Program-made: the position numbers and the translations under genes
Notes under the pieces: model-generated
Seen by the model: the letters and a program-made list of their open reading frames with translations, nothing else
What the model was told of the DNA's origin: nothing
Database searches by the model: none
From: Octopus vulgaris
Taxonomy: Eukaryota
Length of the DNA: 64,000 nucleotides
NCBI GenBank assembly: GCA_951406725.2
Contig: OX597837.1
Location: forward strand, 38,812,001-38,876,000
Direction: 5' to 3'
In this document: positions 1 to 14,403 of the stretch, in pieces
How positions within the stretch are numbered: the stretch's first letter is position 1
How the letters are laid out: every line of letters begins with the position of its first letter

Positions 1-72
1 ACCAACCTTTAAGGCCCTTTGATTCTAGACCTTGCTTCCACACCTGAAACTTCTAGTTCTGGTAGTGACTAG
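1..72 (-). mobile_element. RTE-type LINE reverse transcriptase fragment (window edge)
   Basis: Reverse complement matches the SLPELEKKFRVWKQELESKGL-coding stretch of the RTE copy at ~57440-57505 and the similar copy at 54300-54365. Confidence 0.7.
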
Positions 73-225
73 TTTTGAAAGCCTGGACTACAAGAGGTTT
101 GTCCGACCGAGAACACCTCCAGTTACTTTTGGGTACCTCTTCGAACATAAGTGGGAATAGAAAAGTTGGAGGCCATCTTTTTTTCTGTCATTATATACAT
201 GTGAGTGTTTGTGTATGGGTATGTC

Positions 226-267
<42 letters not shown>

Positions 268-819
268 TGTGTGTGTGTGTGTGATGGTAGCAGACATAGT
301 CCATCAGTTTTCAAAGATGAGGACACGAGTTCGATTTCAATGAATGGCGTCTTGGTCAAGTTTCTTTAACATAGCCTCAGGTCCAACAAAGACAATACAA
401 GCGAGAGAAACTGGGAAAAGGTTCTGAAACCCGTCCAAATATATACACCTGTTATTGTAGTTATAATACACCCTTATCATACACTGTGTGTCAAGCTATT
501 TATGCGTAGGAGTTGTGTTAGGGGTAGGTATGTGTCTGAAGTACCCACATTCACCATCATTACGGTTTAACGCGGGTACCCTGAATTTTAAGAGGAATTT
601 GTTTAATTTATCGAAAAGGTGAAAAACTCATCGTCGCCATCGACGTAGGCTCTATTTATATATCTCCTATTTATTTATTGTTATTTATTACATATAACAT
701 AAATTATATGCAATATGTATATCATATACGGGAGTGAGCGGGAGTTTTTCATGCATGTATATGAGTGCATTTGCGATGAGTGTGTGTGTATGTATAGTAT
801 ATTTTAGTCAGCGCTCAAA

Positions 820-1089
820 CTGTATGTATGTATGTATGTATGTATGTATGTATGTATACACACACATGTACACATGCGTTATATAAGTTGTATGTGTGTA
901 TGCACACACAAGTGGATTTAAATATACGTGAACACATACTTTTAAATAAACATACACAGCTCACACATATGCATATATACATATACATTAATACATAAGT
1001 ATATATGTGTGTGTGTCCGTGTGTCCGTGTCTGTGTATGTCTGCGTGTATAAATAAATACATACATACATACATACATACATACATACA

Positions 1090-1125
<36 letters not shown>

Positions 1126-1135
1126 TTTATGTATG

Positions 1136-1169
<34 letters not shown>

Positions 1170-1774
1170 TGTATGTATGTATGTATGTATGTATGTATAT
1201 GTATATATATCACTTCAATATGATATATATATGACACGTGATACTTATGAATATATGTATATATGCTGCGACAGAACAGATCATTGTGTAACATGCGATG
1301 AAGCTTGAAATAAGCTTCTACAGCACTTAGAATAATGGAAATAGTAGAGGCTTGTTTGTTTCAATGTCGTCAAATCACTGAAGCGGAACATCCAGCGTGC
1401 GGTGTTCGATACCTCCTTAATGATAGCGCCTTTCATATTTTGTGAACGGTGTGTTGTGGGAGAGTGGGGGATGACTGGCAGCGGGCGAGGAGGGAACGTG
1501 TGTATGTGTTGCTGCGTGTGTGTGTGTATGTGTGTATGTAGGTATGTATGCAGGTAGGTAGGTAGGTAGGTAGGTAGGTAGGTAGGTAGGTAGGTAGGTA
1601 GGTATGTATGGGCGTCAGCAGGCAGAGGAAGAAAATTAAATATATTTACATGCATAACTAAATGGATGTGTCCTCACATATGCGTATATATATATATATA
1701 TATGTATACATGCATACATATATGTATTACGTATGTATACGTATGCATATATATATATATATACATATAGAAAG

Positions 1775-1821
<47 letters not shown>

Positions 1822-2358
1822 GAAAAATATAAAGATATATAGAATGATATATATATATATATATATATATAAAGATATATTACACACGCACACACATACG
1901 AATATATATGTGTATGCGTGTATATATGTATATATATATATATATATATATACTATTTATATATGGTGCATAAAGTTATAGGTTTAGGTGTATATGCATG
2001 TGATGCAATAAGATCCTTCGTATATGCACAATTATCTGCATGTGTATATGTATGTATATGTGTGCGTGTAAGTATGTATGCGTATATGTGTGTGAGTGCG
2101 TATGTATGCATGTATATATACATGTATATATAATGTATATTGCACATTTATAAATATACATATATATATACATATATATAGATACATACATACATACATA
2201 CATACATACATACATACATACATACATACATACATACATACATACACACATACATACATGCAAACATACATACATGTACATATACGTCCATAAATAGACG
2301 TTCACACACACATACATACATACACATACATACATTCATACATACATACACACATACA

Positions 2359-2392
<34 letters not shown>

Positions 2393-2514
2393 CACACATA
2401 CATACATACATACATACATTCATACATACATACACACATACATACATTCATACATACATACACACATACATACATACATACATACATACATACATACATA
2501 CACACATACATACA

Positions 2515-2546
<32 letters not shown>

Positions 2547-2750
2547 CACACACACATACATACATACATACATACATACATACATACATACATACATACA
2601 TACATACACACACATACATACATACATACATACATACATACATACATGCATACATACACACATACATACATACATACATACATACATACATACATACACG
2701 CATACATACATACATACATACATACATACATACATACATACATACATACA
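820..2750. repeat. Compound microsatellite field (TACA/TGTA)n, (TAGG)n, (TA)n
   Basis: Directly visible tetra- and dinucleotide arrays; source of the MYVC/IHTY pseudo-ORFs. Confidence 0.95.
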
Positions 2751-2939
2751 CATGGCATTATGACACCATTTTCAATAGCTGCAATTTTATCCAGTGCAGT
2801 GGTGCTGCAGAAATCTTTGCAGAAAATGCACCAGATAGTCAGGTGGTGTTCACAAATGCCGACGAGCACGGAGATAACGCGGCATGATTGATTGAGAGAG
2901 TCGGAGACAAGGAAAGACGAGAGTAGGAGGAGAGGAAGA

Positions 2940-3270
2940 TAGAGATGGTACTGTACGTGAGTGGGAGGAGAGGCAGGAGAGGAAGACACAGAAGTTTTAG
3001 AAAGGGAATGGGAGTGGAAGGCACAGAAGGTTTAGAAAGGGAATGGGAAGAGACAAGGGAGTGGAAGGCACAGAAGGTTTAGTAACGGGAGTGGGAGGAG
3101 AGGAAGGCAGTGGAGGTATGTAGTACGGGTGTGAGTGCAGGAGAGGAAGACACGGAAGGTTTAGTACCGGAGTGGGAGGAGAAGGGGGAGAAGGCACAGA
3201 AGGTATTGTATGAGAGTGAGTGCAGAAGAGGGAGAGGAAGATAGGGAGGGTGTTGTGAGGGAGTGAGAGT
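2940..3270. repeat. Diverged purine-rich minisatellite (GGAGTGGGAGGAGAGGAAG..CACAGAAGGTTTAG units)
   Basis: Recurring cacagaaggtttag and gagtgggaggagagg motifs. Confidence 0.6.
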
Positions 3271-3395
3271 GAGGTATAGTAATGGAAGCTGTATCGTCTG
3301 CTTCATACAATTTAAGTCGGAATGTCTTACACCTAATGACACTATAGTGGGATTAAAGGTATGGAAGAGAGGGGGGGACATGATTTTGTTCATAT

Positions 3396-3920
3396 TGTGG
3401 TGGTGGTGGTGGTGGTGGTTGTAGTGGTGATGGTAGTGCCGTCGAGAGCGACGGCAGCGACTTTGGCGGTGGTGGTGGTGGTGGTGGTGCTGGTTGTGGT
3501 ATTGATGCGCTAGTGGTGGGGATGGTGGCGATCGTCGTCATTGCCACCGCCTTTGTGATAGTGGTGTTGATGGTAGTGTTGATGCAGCAAGTTGTCGAGG
3601 TGGTGGTGGTGGTGGAGGTGTTAGTGGTGGTGTTAGTGGTGGTATTAGTGGTGGTGGTAGTGGTGGTAGTGGTGGTGGTGGTGGTGGTGGTGGTGGTGGT
3701 GGTGGTGGTGGTGGTGGTGGTGGTGGTGGTAGTGGTGGTGGTAGTGGTGGTGGTAGTGGTGGTAGTGGTGGTGGTCGTCGTGGTCGTGGTCGTGGTCGTG
3801 GTAGAGGTTGTGGTAGAGGTGGTGATGGTCGTGTGGTGGTGGTTGTGGTCGTGGTCGTGGTAGAGGAGGTGGTGGTGGTGGTGGTTGTGGTGGTGAGTAT
3901 GTTTATGATGGCTGTGGTGG
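3396..3920. repeat. (GGT)n trinucleotide array
   Basis: Long GTG/GGT runs with GTA/GTC interruptions. Confidence 0.9.
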
Positions 3921-4103
3921 TGAGAGCCTCGCTTGCCTCCCTTGGTCTGACATTAAGATGAGATACTTCTTGTGGCTATGAGTTGCTTTAACTCTTACTT
4001 CTAGCAAAACTGGCGCTGACTAGTGCTCTGTTGCTTTAGTGACTTAAAAAATTGTGCCTTTCGGTTGTAAAATTGCGAACAAACTACCCTTCTTGTTTAT
4101 ATA

Positions 4104-4495
4104 GCGCAGGAGTGGCTGTGTGGTAAGTAGCTTGCTAACCAACCTCATGGTTCCGGGTTCAATCCCATTGCGTGGCATCTTGGGCAAGTGTCTTCTGCTA
4201 TAGCCCCGGGCCGACCAATGCCTTGTGAGTGGATTTGGTAGACGGAAACTGAAAGAAGCCTGTCGTATATATGTATATGTATGTGTGTTTGTCCCCCTAG
4301 CATTGCTTGACAACCGATGCTGGTGTGTTTACGTCCCCATCACTTAGCGGTTCGGCAAAAGAGACCGATAGAATAAGTACTGGGCTTACAAAGAATAAGT
4401 CCCGCGGTCGATTTGCTCGACCAAAGGCGGTGCTCCAGCATGGCCGCAGTCAAATGACTGAAACAAGTAACAGAGAGTAACAGAGTAACAGAGTA
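4104..4495 (+). mobile_element. tRNA-derived CORE-like SINE, family A (full length)
   Basis: Head with A box (TGGCTGTGTGG) and B box (GGTTCAATCCC), CORE-like CTTGGGCAAGTG segment, internal TA/TG microsatellite, tail CATGGCC-stem-loop-GAAAC-(AGTAAAAG)n; more than 15 copies in the window. Confidence 0.9.
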
Positions 4496-4501
4496 TATAT
4501 T

Positions 4502-4598
<97 letters not shown>

Positions 4599-4618
4599 AA
4601 AAGTAAAAGTATATATTA

Positions 4619-4762
4619 AGGCGGTGAGCTGGCAGAAACGTTAGCACGCTGGACGAAATGCTTAGCAGTATTTCGCCCGTCGCAACGTTCTGAGTTCAAA
4701 TTCCGTCGAGGTCGACTTTGGATTTCATCCTTTCGGGCTCGATAAAATATGTACCAGTTGAA
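4619..4762 (+). mobile_element. tRNA-derived SINE family B (5' part)
   Basis: GGCGGTGAGCTGGCAGAA head, GAGTTCAAATTCC B box and a central GTCGACTTTG..TTTCATCCTTTCGGG.TCGATAAA..GTACCAG block shared with many copies. Confidence 0.85.
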
Positions 4763-5262
4763 CAACTTCTTCAAGTATCACTTGAAAAGGAAAGTGAGAG
4801 TAGAGAGGCAAGTTTTGTCTAGCGAATGTTTAAAAAAAAAGCTGGGTGAATGTAGCAAGGATGGCACGTATGAATGACATGACGAAGCCACCTTGAGCAT
4901 AATCCTATGAACCCGGAAAAATTTAAAACAGAGGGTTACCTACTTGCATATAAATGTGTTAACAGGTGACACTATTGACCGAGGTTACCGTGGTCTTTTC
5001 CGTAGGCTTTTCTTTCCACGGATACCCTATCTGCTTCCCCCTTTACACTTTACATCATGACATTTCTGTGATACACGATCCCAATTGATGGTTTTTTCTT
5101 TTTCTTTTTTTCTTTTCTTTCCTTGTTTTTCTTTCCCTTTTACGATCCCTCTTGATCGAAAACCTACCCCACTTTTTTTTTCTTCTTTTCTCTCCATAAA
5201 GAAAAGCTCTACTTTGTAATCTGTCCCGTCTGTGTGCAGCCCTGTGTGGCTAATAAAGAAGC
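4763..5262 (+). mobile_element. L1/Tx1-like LINE 3' fragment, copy 1
   Basis: Translates FKYHLKRKVRVERQVLSSEC..W (Tx1-like ORF2 C-terminus); ends GCCCTGTGTGGCTAATAAA then (TATC)n; duplicated at 5360-5843. Confidence 0.55.
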
Positions 5263-5271
5263 ATATCTATC

Positions 5272-5351
<80 letters not shown>

Positions 5352-5359
5352 CTTACATT

Positions 5360-5601
5360 ACAAACTTTTCAAGTACCACTTGAAAAGGAGGATGAGAATA
5401 GAGAGGAAGGCTTTGTCAAACGAATGTTTTAATAAAAAGTGAGTAAAAGTGGCAAAAATGGTCAGTATGAAAGACGACACTATTTTAAGCATAAATCTGT
5501 AAGCAAAAGAGACAACGAGAAGTAAGGCGACTTACTCATGTGTTCATTTTCGAACTGTCTGAGGTGACCTTGGTCTTTTTTAGGCTACACCTAAACTGTG
5601 A

Positions 5602-5682
<81 letters not shown>

Positions 5683-5843
5683 CTTTTTTATACACCACAC
5701 AACCCACAGATCCCTATTGATCAAACTTTTTTTTTTGTTTTTTTTTTGTGCTCCACCCATCCCACCTCGAAAAAAAAAATTCTACATTGTATTTCGTCCA
5801 TTTTTATTCTGTGTTTAGCCCTGTGTGGCTACAATAAAAAAGT
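5360..5843 (+). mobile_element. L1/Tx1-like LINE 3' fragment, copy 2
   Basis: Homologous to 4763-5262 (TTCAAGTACCACTTGAAAAGG...GCCCTGTGTGGCTACAATAAA), also followed by (TATC)n. Confidence 0.55.
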
Positions 5844-5853
5844 TATCTATCTC

Positions 5854-5911
<58 letters not shown>

Positions 5912-5936
5912 CATCCATCCATCCATCCATCCATCC

Positions 5937-5980
<44 letters not shown>

Positions 5981-7014
5981 GTCCCGTCTATATCTACACA
6001 CTGTCTGCCTATCCAGTCAACATCTACACACTGTCTGCCTATCCAATCTGCATGTACACAGTGTCACTATTCAGTAAACATTACACCCAGCTATCGATGT
6101 ACGTATCGAGTTAACACCACAACTATCTGTCTCTCTATCGAATCGACATCTTACACACACCGTCCAACCATTCATTCGACATTTATAACGTCTGTCTTTC
6201 CATCTAATACCATATCAAAATCACTAGGTCAATGCTATTTCGATATCGACACATTATATCTATCTCTGATCATCTACAGATTTATCAGTATTGAACATCT
6301 ATAGCCAGTTCAAACACTGTTGTTATTGCAAGTTATAACAATCAACGCCATCAACGTTGACTACGACACGTGTAACTTCTATACAGCTGTACAATACACT
6401 GTTAAATATGATTACTTGTACTTCAAAGAAAAATTACCAACAGCCGACAGGGTTGAGATCAAGGGAGATAAACCCCGACACATTCACAACTGGTTTCGTC
6501 TCTGTTTGGGGGATTTTTTTATTCAAATTTTTTTCTCTCGCCTTTTTTTTAGCGATTGTAATTCTTTGTATTGCTTTGTTTTTGCGTTTTTATTTACCAT
6601 TATTTTTCTAGTTCCAGTTCTTGTTTTTGTAATTCTTACTATTCTCATTCTTTATCGTTATTATTTGGTTTGTTTTTGTTTTTTATTTTGTTTTTTCGCA
6701 TTTGTTATTTTTGTTTACCGCTGTTATTGCAGTTGTTATTATCCTTGATATTATTGGTAGTATTTATGTTATTTTCATTCTTTTCTTTGCTGTAACTGTT
6801 ATTCTCATCGTCGTCGTTGTTGTTATTGTTGTTGTCTTTCTTCATGATGTTGTTGTTGGCGTTGTTGTCGTTGTTATTATAGTTTATGTTATTATTACTA
6901 TCTTTGCTAATATGGTCCTTGATGATGTTTATTATTGTTGTTGCTATGGGTTATGATGGCGTAGGTTTCTTTTCGTTGTTGTACTGTTTTCCCTGTTGAT
7001 GTTGTTGTTGCTGT

Positions 7015-7048
<34 letters not shown>

Positions 7049-7295
7049 GCTGCTGTTACCGGTAGTGATAGGAACGGGAAGGGGTTTCTAACTCTGTTTT
7101 TTTTGTTTTGTTGTTTTTAACGTTATTTTTACGGTAGGACATACTGATGTTGTTGTTGTTGTTGTTGTTATTGTTGTTGCTACTAGGGTATGTTGCTCGC
7201 GTTGTTGTTCTTGTTCTTGTTGTTGCTGTTGCTGTTGTTGTTGTTGTTGTTGTTGCTGTTGTTGCTGTTGTTGTTGTTGTTGTTGCTGCTGCTGC

Positions 7296-7329
<34 letters not shown>

Positions 7330-8194
7330 GTTGTTAGTACAAGATTTATAGTAACTGTTGTTGTTGCGGTTGTTGCTGCAGAGAAACATTGGCTGTGGTG
7401 GCGGTGGCGGTGGTGTTGATAGCGATCGTAGTGGCGAGCTGATGATGGTGATGGTGATGGTGATGGCGGTGACCAAGGCCGCGGCGGCAGTGGTGGTGGT
7501 GGAAGTGATGATAGTCAAAATTTCCTTGTCTCCCTCCTTTAACCGGTAGGGGGCACGCAGTTTTCTCTGTCTGGTGGCCATGGCGAAAAAGGCAGTGTAG
7601 TGAAAGTGGCTGAAAGGACCTAAAACAGACATTTTATTCTTCAGTCAAGCCCTCATCGACATTTCCAAATTCCATTTGGAAAGGAAAATGAGGGTGGAAA
7701 GAGAAATGCTCTCCGCCAGTATATTTATCAAAAGGTGGGCGATTGTGACAAAAAAAGGCATGTCTCTAGATTGTGGCAAATAAAGGCAAGAATAAATGTT
7801 TCAACCTTGGCTCCCAGGGCCGCATGCAACCTTCACGCACCTCCACAACCACCAGCGACCCTCGACGGTTCTCCTTTTATAAATATGATAATTTTTTCTT
7901 TAATTGATTTGTTTTACATTTTTGAGTGCTGCCCCTTAAAAAAAATCCAGGTTTTCGATCTGGCCTGGATATTAAGAAACTTGAGAAACACTTCTCTAAA
8001 AACTGCATATGTCTGTAGATCGAATAACATTTGTCGAGAGGGTGTTGGCCCTTAGCAGTCAGTGTGATCCCAGATCCCAGATCCCGAATTTTGATTGGTC
8101 CAACGTATCTAAGTCCTGCTTTATCAGGAGGATCGTATCAAATTGTATGATATCATTTTTTCTCTTATCTTATCCTGTTTTTCTAGTGCTGAGC

Positions 8195-8830
8195 GGTATT
8201 TCGCCCGTCGCTCCGTTTTGAGTTCGAACTCCGCCAAGGTGGAGTTGCCTTTTATTTTTTCGGGGTCGATAAAATAAGTATCAGTTGAACTTTGGGGTGG
8301 ATGTAATCGACTCATCCCCTCTCCCAACGTTGCTGCCCTTGTGGCAAAATTTGAAACCATTATTATTATTGATGTTGTTGTTGTTTTTAAGGCGACGAGC
8401 TGGCAGAATCGTTCGCATGCCGAACGAAATGCTTAGCGGCATTTCGTCTGTCTTTACATTCTGAGTTCAAATTCCACCGTGGCCGACAATGCCTCTCATT
8501 CTTTCGGGGTCGATAAAATAAGTACCAGCTGAACCCCTCCTCCTATATTGCTGGCCTTGTGCCAAATTTTGAAACCATTATTATTATCACTATAGAGAAG
8601 CGATCTGGCCAAATCACTACTAGCGCGTCGAACAAAATGCCTAGCGGCATTCCTTTCGGCTCTCTATATTCTGACTTCAAAAGCCGCCGAGGTCGACTTT
8701 GCCTTTCATCCTTTCCGGATCGATAAAATATGGTACCAGTTTAGCATTTGGTGGGAGGGGGGGTCGATGTAGTCGACTCCCCCCCCTCCACTTAAAACTA
8801 CTGGGCCTCATGCCAAAAATTGAAATAACT
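8195..8830 (+). mobile_element. Cluster of three diverged SINE family B copies
   Basis: Three occurrences of the B box plus CTTTC.TCCTTTCGGGGTCGATAAAAT..GTACCAG, with a TTGCTG.CCTTGTG.CAAAATTTGAAACC tail. Confidence 0.75.
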
Positions 8831-8849
8831 GTTACAGTAATTGTTGTTT

Positions 8850-8864
8850 ATGATGATGATGATA

Positions 8865-8922
<58 letters not shown>

Positions 8923-9003
8923 CGATGATGTTAAAGGTTTGTATCATTTGGTGGGGGCTCCGTTTTCTTGGAACGAACTACGATAAAAAAAAATTATTTT
9001 AAC

Positions 9004-9047
<44 letters not shown>

Positions 9048-9054
9048 TGATGAC

Positions 9055-9097
<43 letters not shown>

Positions 9098-9154
9098 ATG
9101 ATGATAATAATAATGATGATAATGATGATGATGATGATGATGATGATAATAATA

Positions 9155-9187
<33 letters not shown>

Positions 9188-9204
9188 ATAATAATAATGA
9201 TGAC

Positions 9205-9235
<31 letters not shown>

Positions 9236-9355
9236 ATGATGATAATAATGATAATAATAATAATAATAACAATAATAATAATGATGATGATGATGATGTT
9301 GATGATGATGATTATGATGATAATAATGATAATAATAATGATGATGATGATGATG

Positions 9356-9417
<62 letters not shown>

Positions 9418-9444
9418 GATGATGATGATGATGATGATGATAGA

Positions 9445-9534
<90 letters not shown>

Positions 9535-9600
9535 AAGAAGAAGAAGAAGAAGAAGAAGAAGAAGAAGAAGAAGAAGAAGAAGAAGAAGAAGAAGAAGAAG
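8850..9600. repeat. Compound (GAT)n/(AAT)n/(AAG)n trinucleotide array
   Basis: Directly visible alternating triplet blocks. Confidence 0.95.
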
Positions 9601-10095
9601 ACTGACCTAAGAATTTTTTTGTTTCATTGTCTTTTTTTTCTTTTTCTTTTTCTTTTTCTTTCTCTTTTTTTTGTTCTTCTTTCCCAAGAATTTTTTTTCT
9701 CCTTTACTCTTCTTCTGTAGAGATGATCTGCAACTAAGATAGGAGATAGAATCGGATTTAGTAAAACATCGTTTTATCCGGAAGGGGAAAGGGCGAGGTG
9801 GTTGGCGGTGGGGGGGGCGGAGTGGAAAATATGAAAATGAACGAAATAACATCGCTTTTAGTATTTTTGTTTTTTCATGATTTTAGTTCGCTTTTTTTTC
9901 CATTTTTCATTTTGTATTTTTAATTTGTTTTTGTTTTTTTTATGGATAGTGGGGGGGTGGGGGTGAAGGCGGCGGTGCATTTGTTTCTATATTTTTCGGC
10001 TGTTTTTTTTTCTTTCTTGTATATATTTATCTACATTTTCTGTGAGGTTCATTTTTATTATTGTTGTTGTTGTTATTATTAATATGACTGTGATA

Positions 10096-10142
<47 letters not shown>

Positions 10143-10168
10143 GGTGGTGGTGGTGGTGGTGATGATGG

Positions 10169-10201
<33 letters not shown>

Positions 10202-11324
10202 CGATGACTATGATGATGACGACGACGATGATGATGGCGGCGGCGTCGGCGGCTGCGTTGGTGGTGGTGGTGAGGATGATGAGGATTGTGATGATTTCGA
10301 TATCGTTGTTGTTGTTATTGTTGTTGTTGTTGCTAATGTTGTGTTTCTTTGCTCCGTGGATCTCGACCGACATATAGATAACTGTTTGGGAGAGGGTGAC
10401 GAAGAAGAGGAAGGAGAAGGAGAAGAAGAAGAAGAAGAAGAAGAAGAAGAAGAAAAAGAAGAAGAAGATGATGATGATGATGATGATGATGAAGAAGAAG
10501 AAGAAGGAAAAGAAGAAGAAGAAGAAGAACAACAACAACAACAACAACCACAACAACAACAACAAGACGAGATGGAGGAAACGGAAAAGGAGGAGAAAGG
10601 AGGATGAGTAGTAAAAAGAAGAGGCTAAGCATCATCATCATCATCATCATCATCAATATTATAATCATGGTGTTCCAGATGATCTTCAAACAGTGATAAA
10701 ATAAGCAAAAAATACAAGCATATATACACATACACATATATGTGTGTGTGTGTATGTGTGTGTATTTGTTGTATGTGTATATATATACATACAAAAAATA
10801 CACACACATACACACACGCACATATATGTGTGTGTGTATACATGCATGTATTTTTTGCTTATTATTTTTGTCACTGTTTGAAGAAAATTGTGCTTCTTTC
10901 TTTCCGTTGTAGCTGGAACAAGGAAGACGTGTTCTTGTCTGTCTCCTGTCCAAGCTTGATTTACGCGTTCGCTACCACAACCTTGTTTAGGTTTAGCAAC
11001 CCTTCCTCTCTTTGTTTTCACTGTCCTGTTTGTGTTACCAATTTTGACACTCCGCAAAATATCAGATTCCATTTAATTCGCTTTGCGGGAGCAACTGTTT
11101 TATCGAAAACGTATATTGTTGTTAAATGTTCGAAATACGAGAGTAGAAAAACACCCGACAACTGATGAAGGGTCGTTCTTTATGTTGTTTGTCTTGTTTC
11201 CCATTTGTGTCTTTCGTTGTTCGAAAAAATAGTTCATGCTCCATGTACTCGTACTTCGTATTGTTTTGTTGTACACGTTTCGTGACATCCTGTGTCCACG
11301 TAGGCATATATATATATATACGTA

Positions 11325-11540
11325 TATGACCGGCCCACCGAAGCTTTGTGTGGTGGTATTCTACGATGACGTCCTTCACTCCAGTTGTATCCCTGGTCTC
11401 CTAGTTCCGGATGTGATCTCTTAGCAATATTACCAACATCAACCTTTTCGTGGCTCTCTGCTCCCTGAGCAGATGGTATTCTTCTCTCTGTGAGTCATGC
11501 ATATAGCATTTTAGGCAAGACTGTGCTGTTGAAGAGATTG
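11325..11540 (-). mobile_element. RTE-type LINE C-terminal fragment
   Basis: Minus strand gives LRDHIRN..TTGVKDVI...KLRWAGH, typical of RTE/BovB ORF C-termini. Confidence 0.6.
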
Positions 11541-11544
11541 GGTG

Positions 11545-12152
11545 TTCATTCGTGAGACGTGACAGCGAAGAAGAGCACACATTCACTCTCTGCGGGAGAT
11601 TAGACTCGAAATTTTTATGAGGAACCCATTGACTCAATTTGCTGACTTTTCTGATGGCACACAGGTGTCGACGAATGGTTGAATGACCAAATCTAAGCTT
11701 CTCTACTAGTTCTTCAACAGTTACGATGGGATTTTGTTCCTCCATGTTTTGCAGGACGTCCTCGTCAACCTCTGCAGATCTTCCAGGACGATGTTCGTTT
11801 TCTAGGCTGTAGTTTCCGGCTCGGAATTTCTGGAACCACCGTTGACACTGGCTTACGCTTATCGTCCAATCCCCATATACTGCTTTAATATTCTTCGCAC
11901 TTTTTGTTGCGTTGTTGCCTTTATTGAACTCATAAAGCAAAATATGCAGAATATGCTCGTTTGTGACTTCCATTATAGCTTTGAAAAAAAATAACTGTTA
12001 AATCGAACTGCACTCTTCAAAACTTGTACTAAGAATAAGGGAAAATTACTACCTGCTTTTATAGCAAATTGATGCGGGTAGTTTATCCCGTCCCTCTCCG
12101 ACTTTCAATACATACAGTTGAAAAAACTACATTATGTATGAGATGACCCAAC
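11545..12152 (-). mobile_element. Mariner transposon 5' half (TIR plus HTH N-terminus), truncated
   Basis: ORF MEVTNEHILHILLYEFNKG...QRWFQKFRAG...WVPH (mariner HTH and WVPHEL-like motif); TTGGGTCATCTCATACATAAT TIR-like end at ~12130-12152; same family as 48919-49980. Confidence 0.85.
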
Positions 12153-12171
12153 ATATATGTATATGTGTATG

Positions 12172-12235
<64 letters not shown>

Positions 12236-12589
12236 ACCAAATATTTCTCTACACCCATAAACACTATTTCTTCAGTACAACAATGCACCAATGTTTACTG
12301 GAAATATATATATATACACACGTTTTAATGTAAGTGTATATTCGTAAATAAATGCTAATATAAGTATGTGTATATATACATATACACTATATACGTACAT
12401 GTATGTATACATATACACGCATACATATAAAAGTGTTATTTTATGTTACATAACTTAGCGGTTCGACAAAAGAGACATCGACAAAGTACTGAGAGTTCAT
12501 ATGACCAACTAAATCCATCGGTAACAGCACTCCAGTATGGCCGTACTCTGATGTCTAAAACCAGTAAACAAATATAAGAGAAGACACTT

Positions 12590-12636
12590 TACTTCTTCCC
12601 TCTGTCTTTCCCTCTCTTTGTCTCTATTTCTCCCTT

Positions 12637-12675
<39 letters not shown>

Positions 12676-13019
12676 TTCCATCTCTTTCATTCTCTCCCTT
12701 TCACTCTCCCTTCCCTCTCGCTGTTTCTCTCTCTTTTCTCTCTCCCTGCCCCTTTCTTTTTCTTTCCTTGTTCCCTCTCCCTCTTCCCATCTCTCTCTCT
12801 CGCTTTTCCCCTCTGTCTCTCTTTCTCTTTCTCTCTTTCTAGTTCTCTCTCTTCCTCTTTGTTCTTCCCTCTGTCTCTACGTCTCTCTCTCTTTCTCTCC
12901 CCTGCCTCTCTCTTTTTTCTCCTTGTTCCTTCTTTCTCTTCCTGTCTGTCTCTCCTTCTCTCTCTTTTTCTCTTTCTCTCTCTACCTTTTTATCTCTCTC
13001 TCTTTCTTTCTCTTTCACA

Positions 13020-13051
<32 letters not shown>

Positions 13052-13350
13052 GTCTTCCTCTCTCCCTTTCTCTCTTTTCATCTCTTTCTCACTTTCTTTC
13101 CTTCTCTTGCTCTTTCCGTCTCTCGCTCTTCTCTCTCTCTCTCTTTCTCTCTTCATCTCTCCCTTCCTCTCTCCCTTCATCTCTCTCTCTCTCTGTCTGT
13201 CTGTCTTCATCTCTCCCTTTCTCTCTCTCTCTCTTTCTCTCTTTCTACTTTTTCATCTCTTTCTCACTTTCTTTCCTTCTCTTGCTCTTTCCGTCTCTCG
13301 CTCTTTTCTCTCTCTCTCTATCTCTCTCTCCCTCTCTCCCTCTCTCCTCC
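12590..13350. repeat. (CT)n-rich low-complexity tract
   Basis: Pyrimidine-only strand with internal duplications. Confidence 0.9.
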
Positions 13351-13831
13351 GCCATATTCATATTAACAATAGGTCCTTGCATGAACCATTACAGGTCATT
13401 ACACGAAACCTTTACCACTGCCGAAAACCGAAATATATCAAAGTGATATTCTCACACAACCCCCATCATGCCTCACACCTTACGTCACCAGATTATACAG
13501 CAATACAGCCGACATTTTATTCCATTTAGCGACTCAACTACTCATTTGCATTAAACGCTACCAAACTGTCTCAGTGACACAATATGGTGGCGAGCGAGAT
13601 AAATAAAAGCAGACGACATATTTATGGCGTTATAACTAAGTCTCTGTTTTATCTTTTATAGAGCCAGAGTGTCCATTTTGTTTTAAAACATCTGGACGGC
13701 AATAACGAGGGAGGACTCCATTAAAATGGAGGCCAAAGACGGAGGGAAAACGAGTTGGAAGAAAAAGAGGGATTAACCGCTATTGTCACCCTTGTACTCG
13801 TTGTAGTTGTTGTTGTTGCTGCTGATGTTGC

Positions 13832-13863
<32 letters not shown>

Positions 13864-13994
13864 TTGTTGTTGTGATCTCTTCTATTATTTCAGCTGTTGT
13901 TGTTGTTGTTGTTATTGTTGCTGTTACTGTTAACTGGTGGTGTAGTCTTTATTCTTTATGCTTCCATTGTTTGTTATTGTCATTGTGTTGTTGC

Positions 13995-14039
<45 letters not shown>

Positions 14040-14054
14040 CGTCGTCGTCGTTGA

Positions 14055-14403
<349 letters not shown>

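Noticed and set aside
815-2753. Many MYVC/IHTY-repeat ORFs
   Set aside because: Translations of (TACA)n and (TA)n microsatellites, which are stop-poor by construction.
2752-2890. Unique-looking stretch with short open frames
   Set aside because: No recognisable domain or convincing splice sites.
4104-4175. tRNA-like sequence with A and B boxes
   Set aside because: It is the head of a multi-copy SINE, with no complete cloverleaf evident.
8968-9720. 250-aa N/D/K-rich ORF
   Set aside because: Pure trinucleotide arrays open in several frames; no splice signals or complexity.
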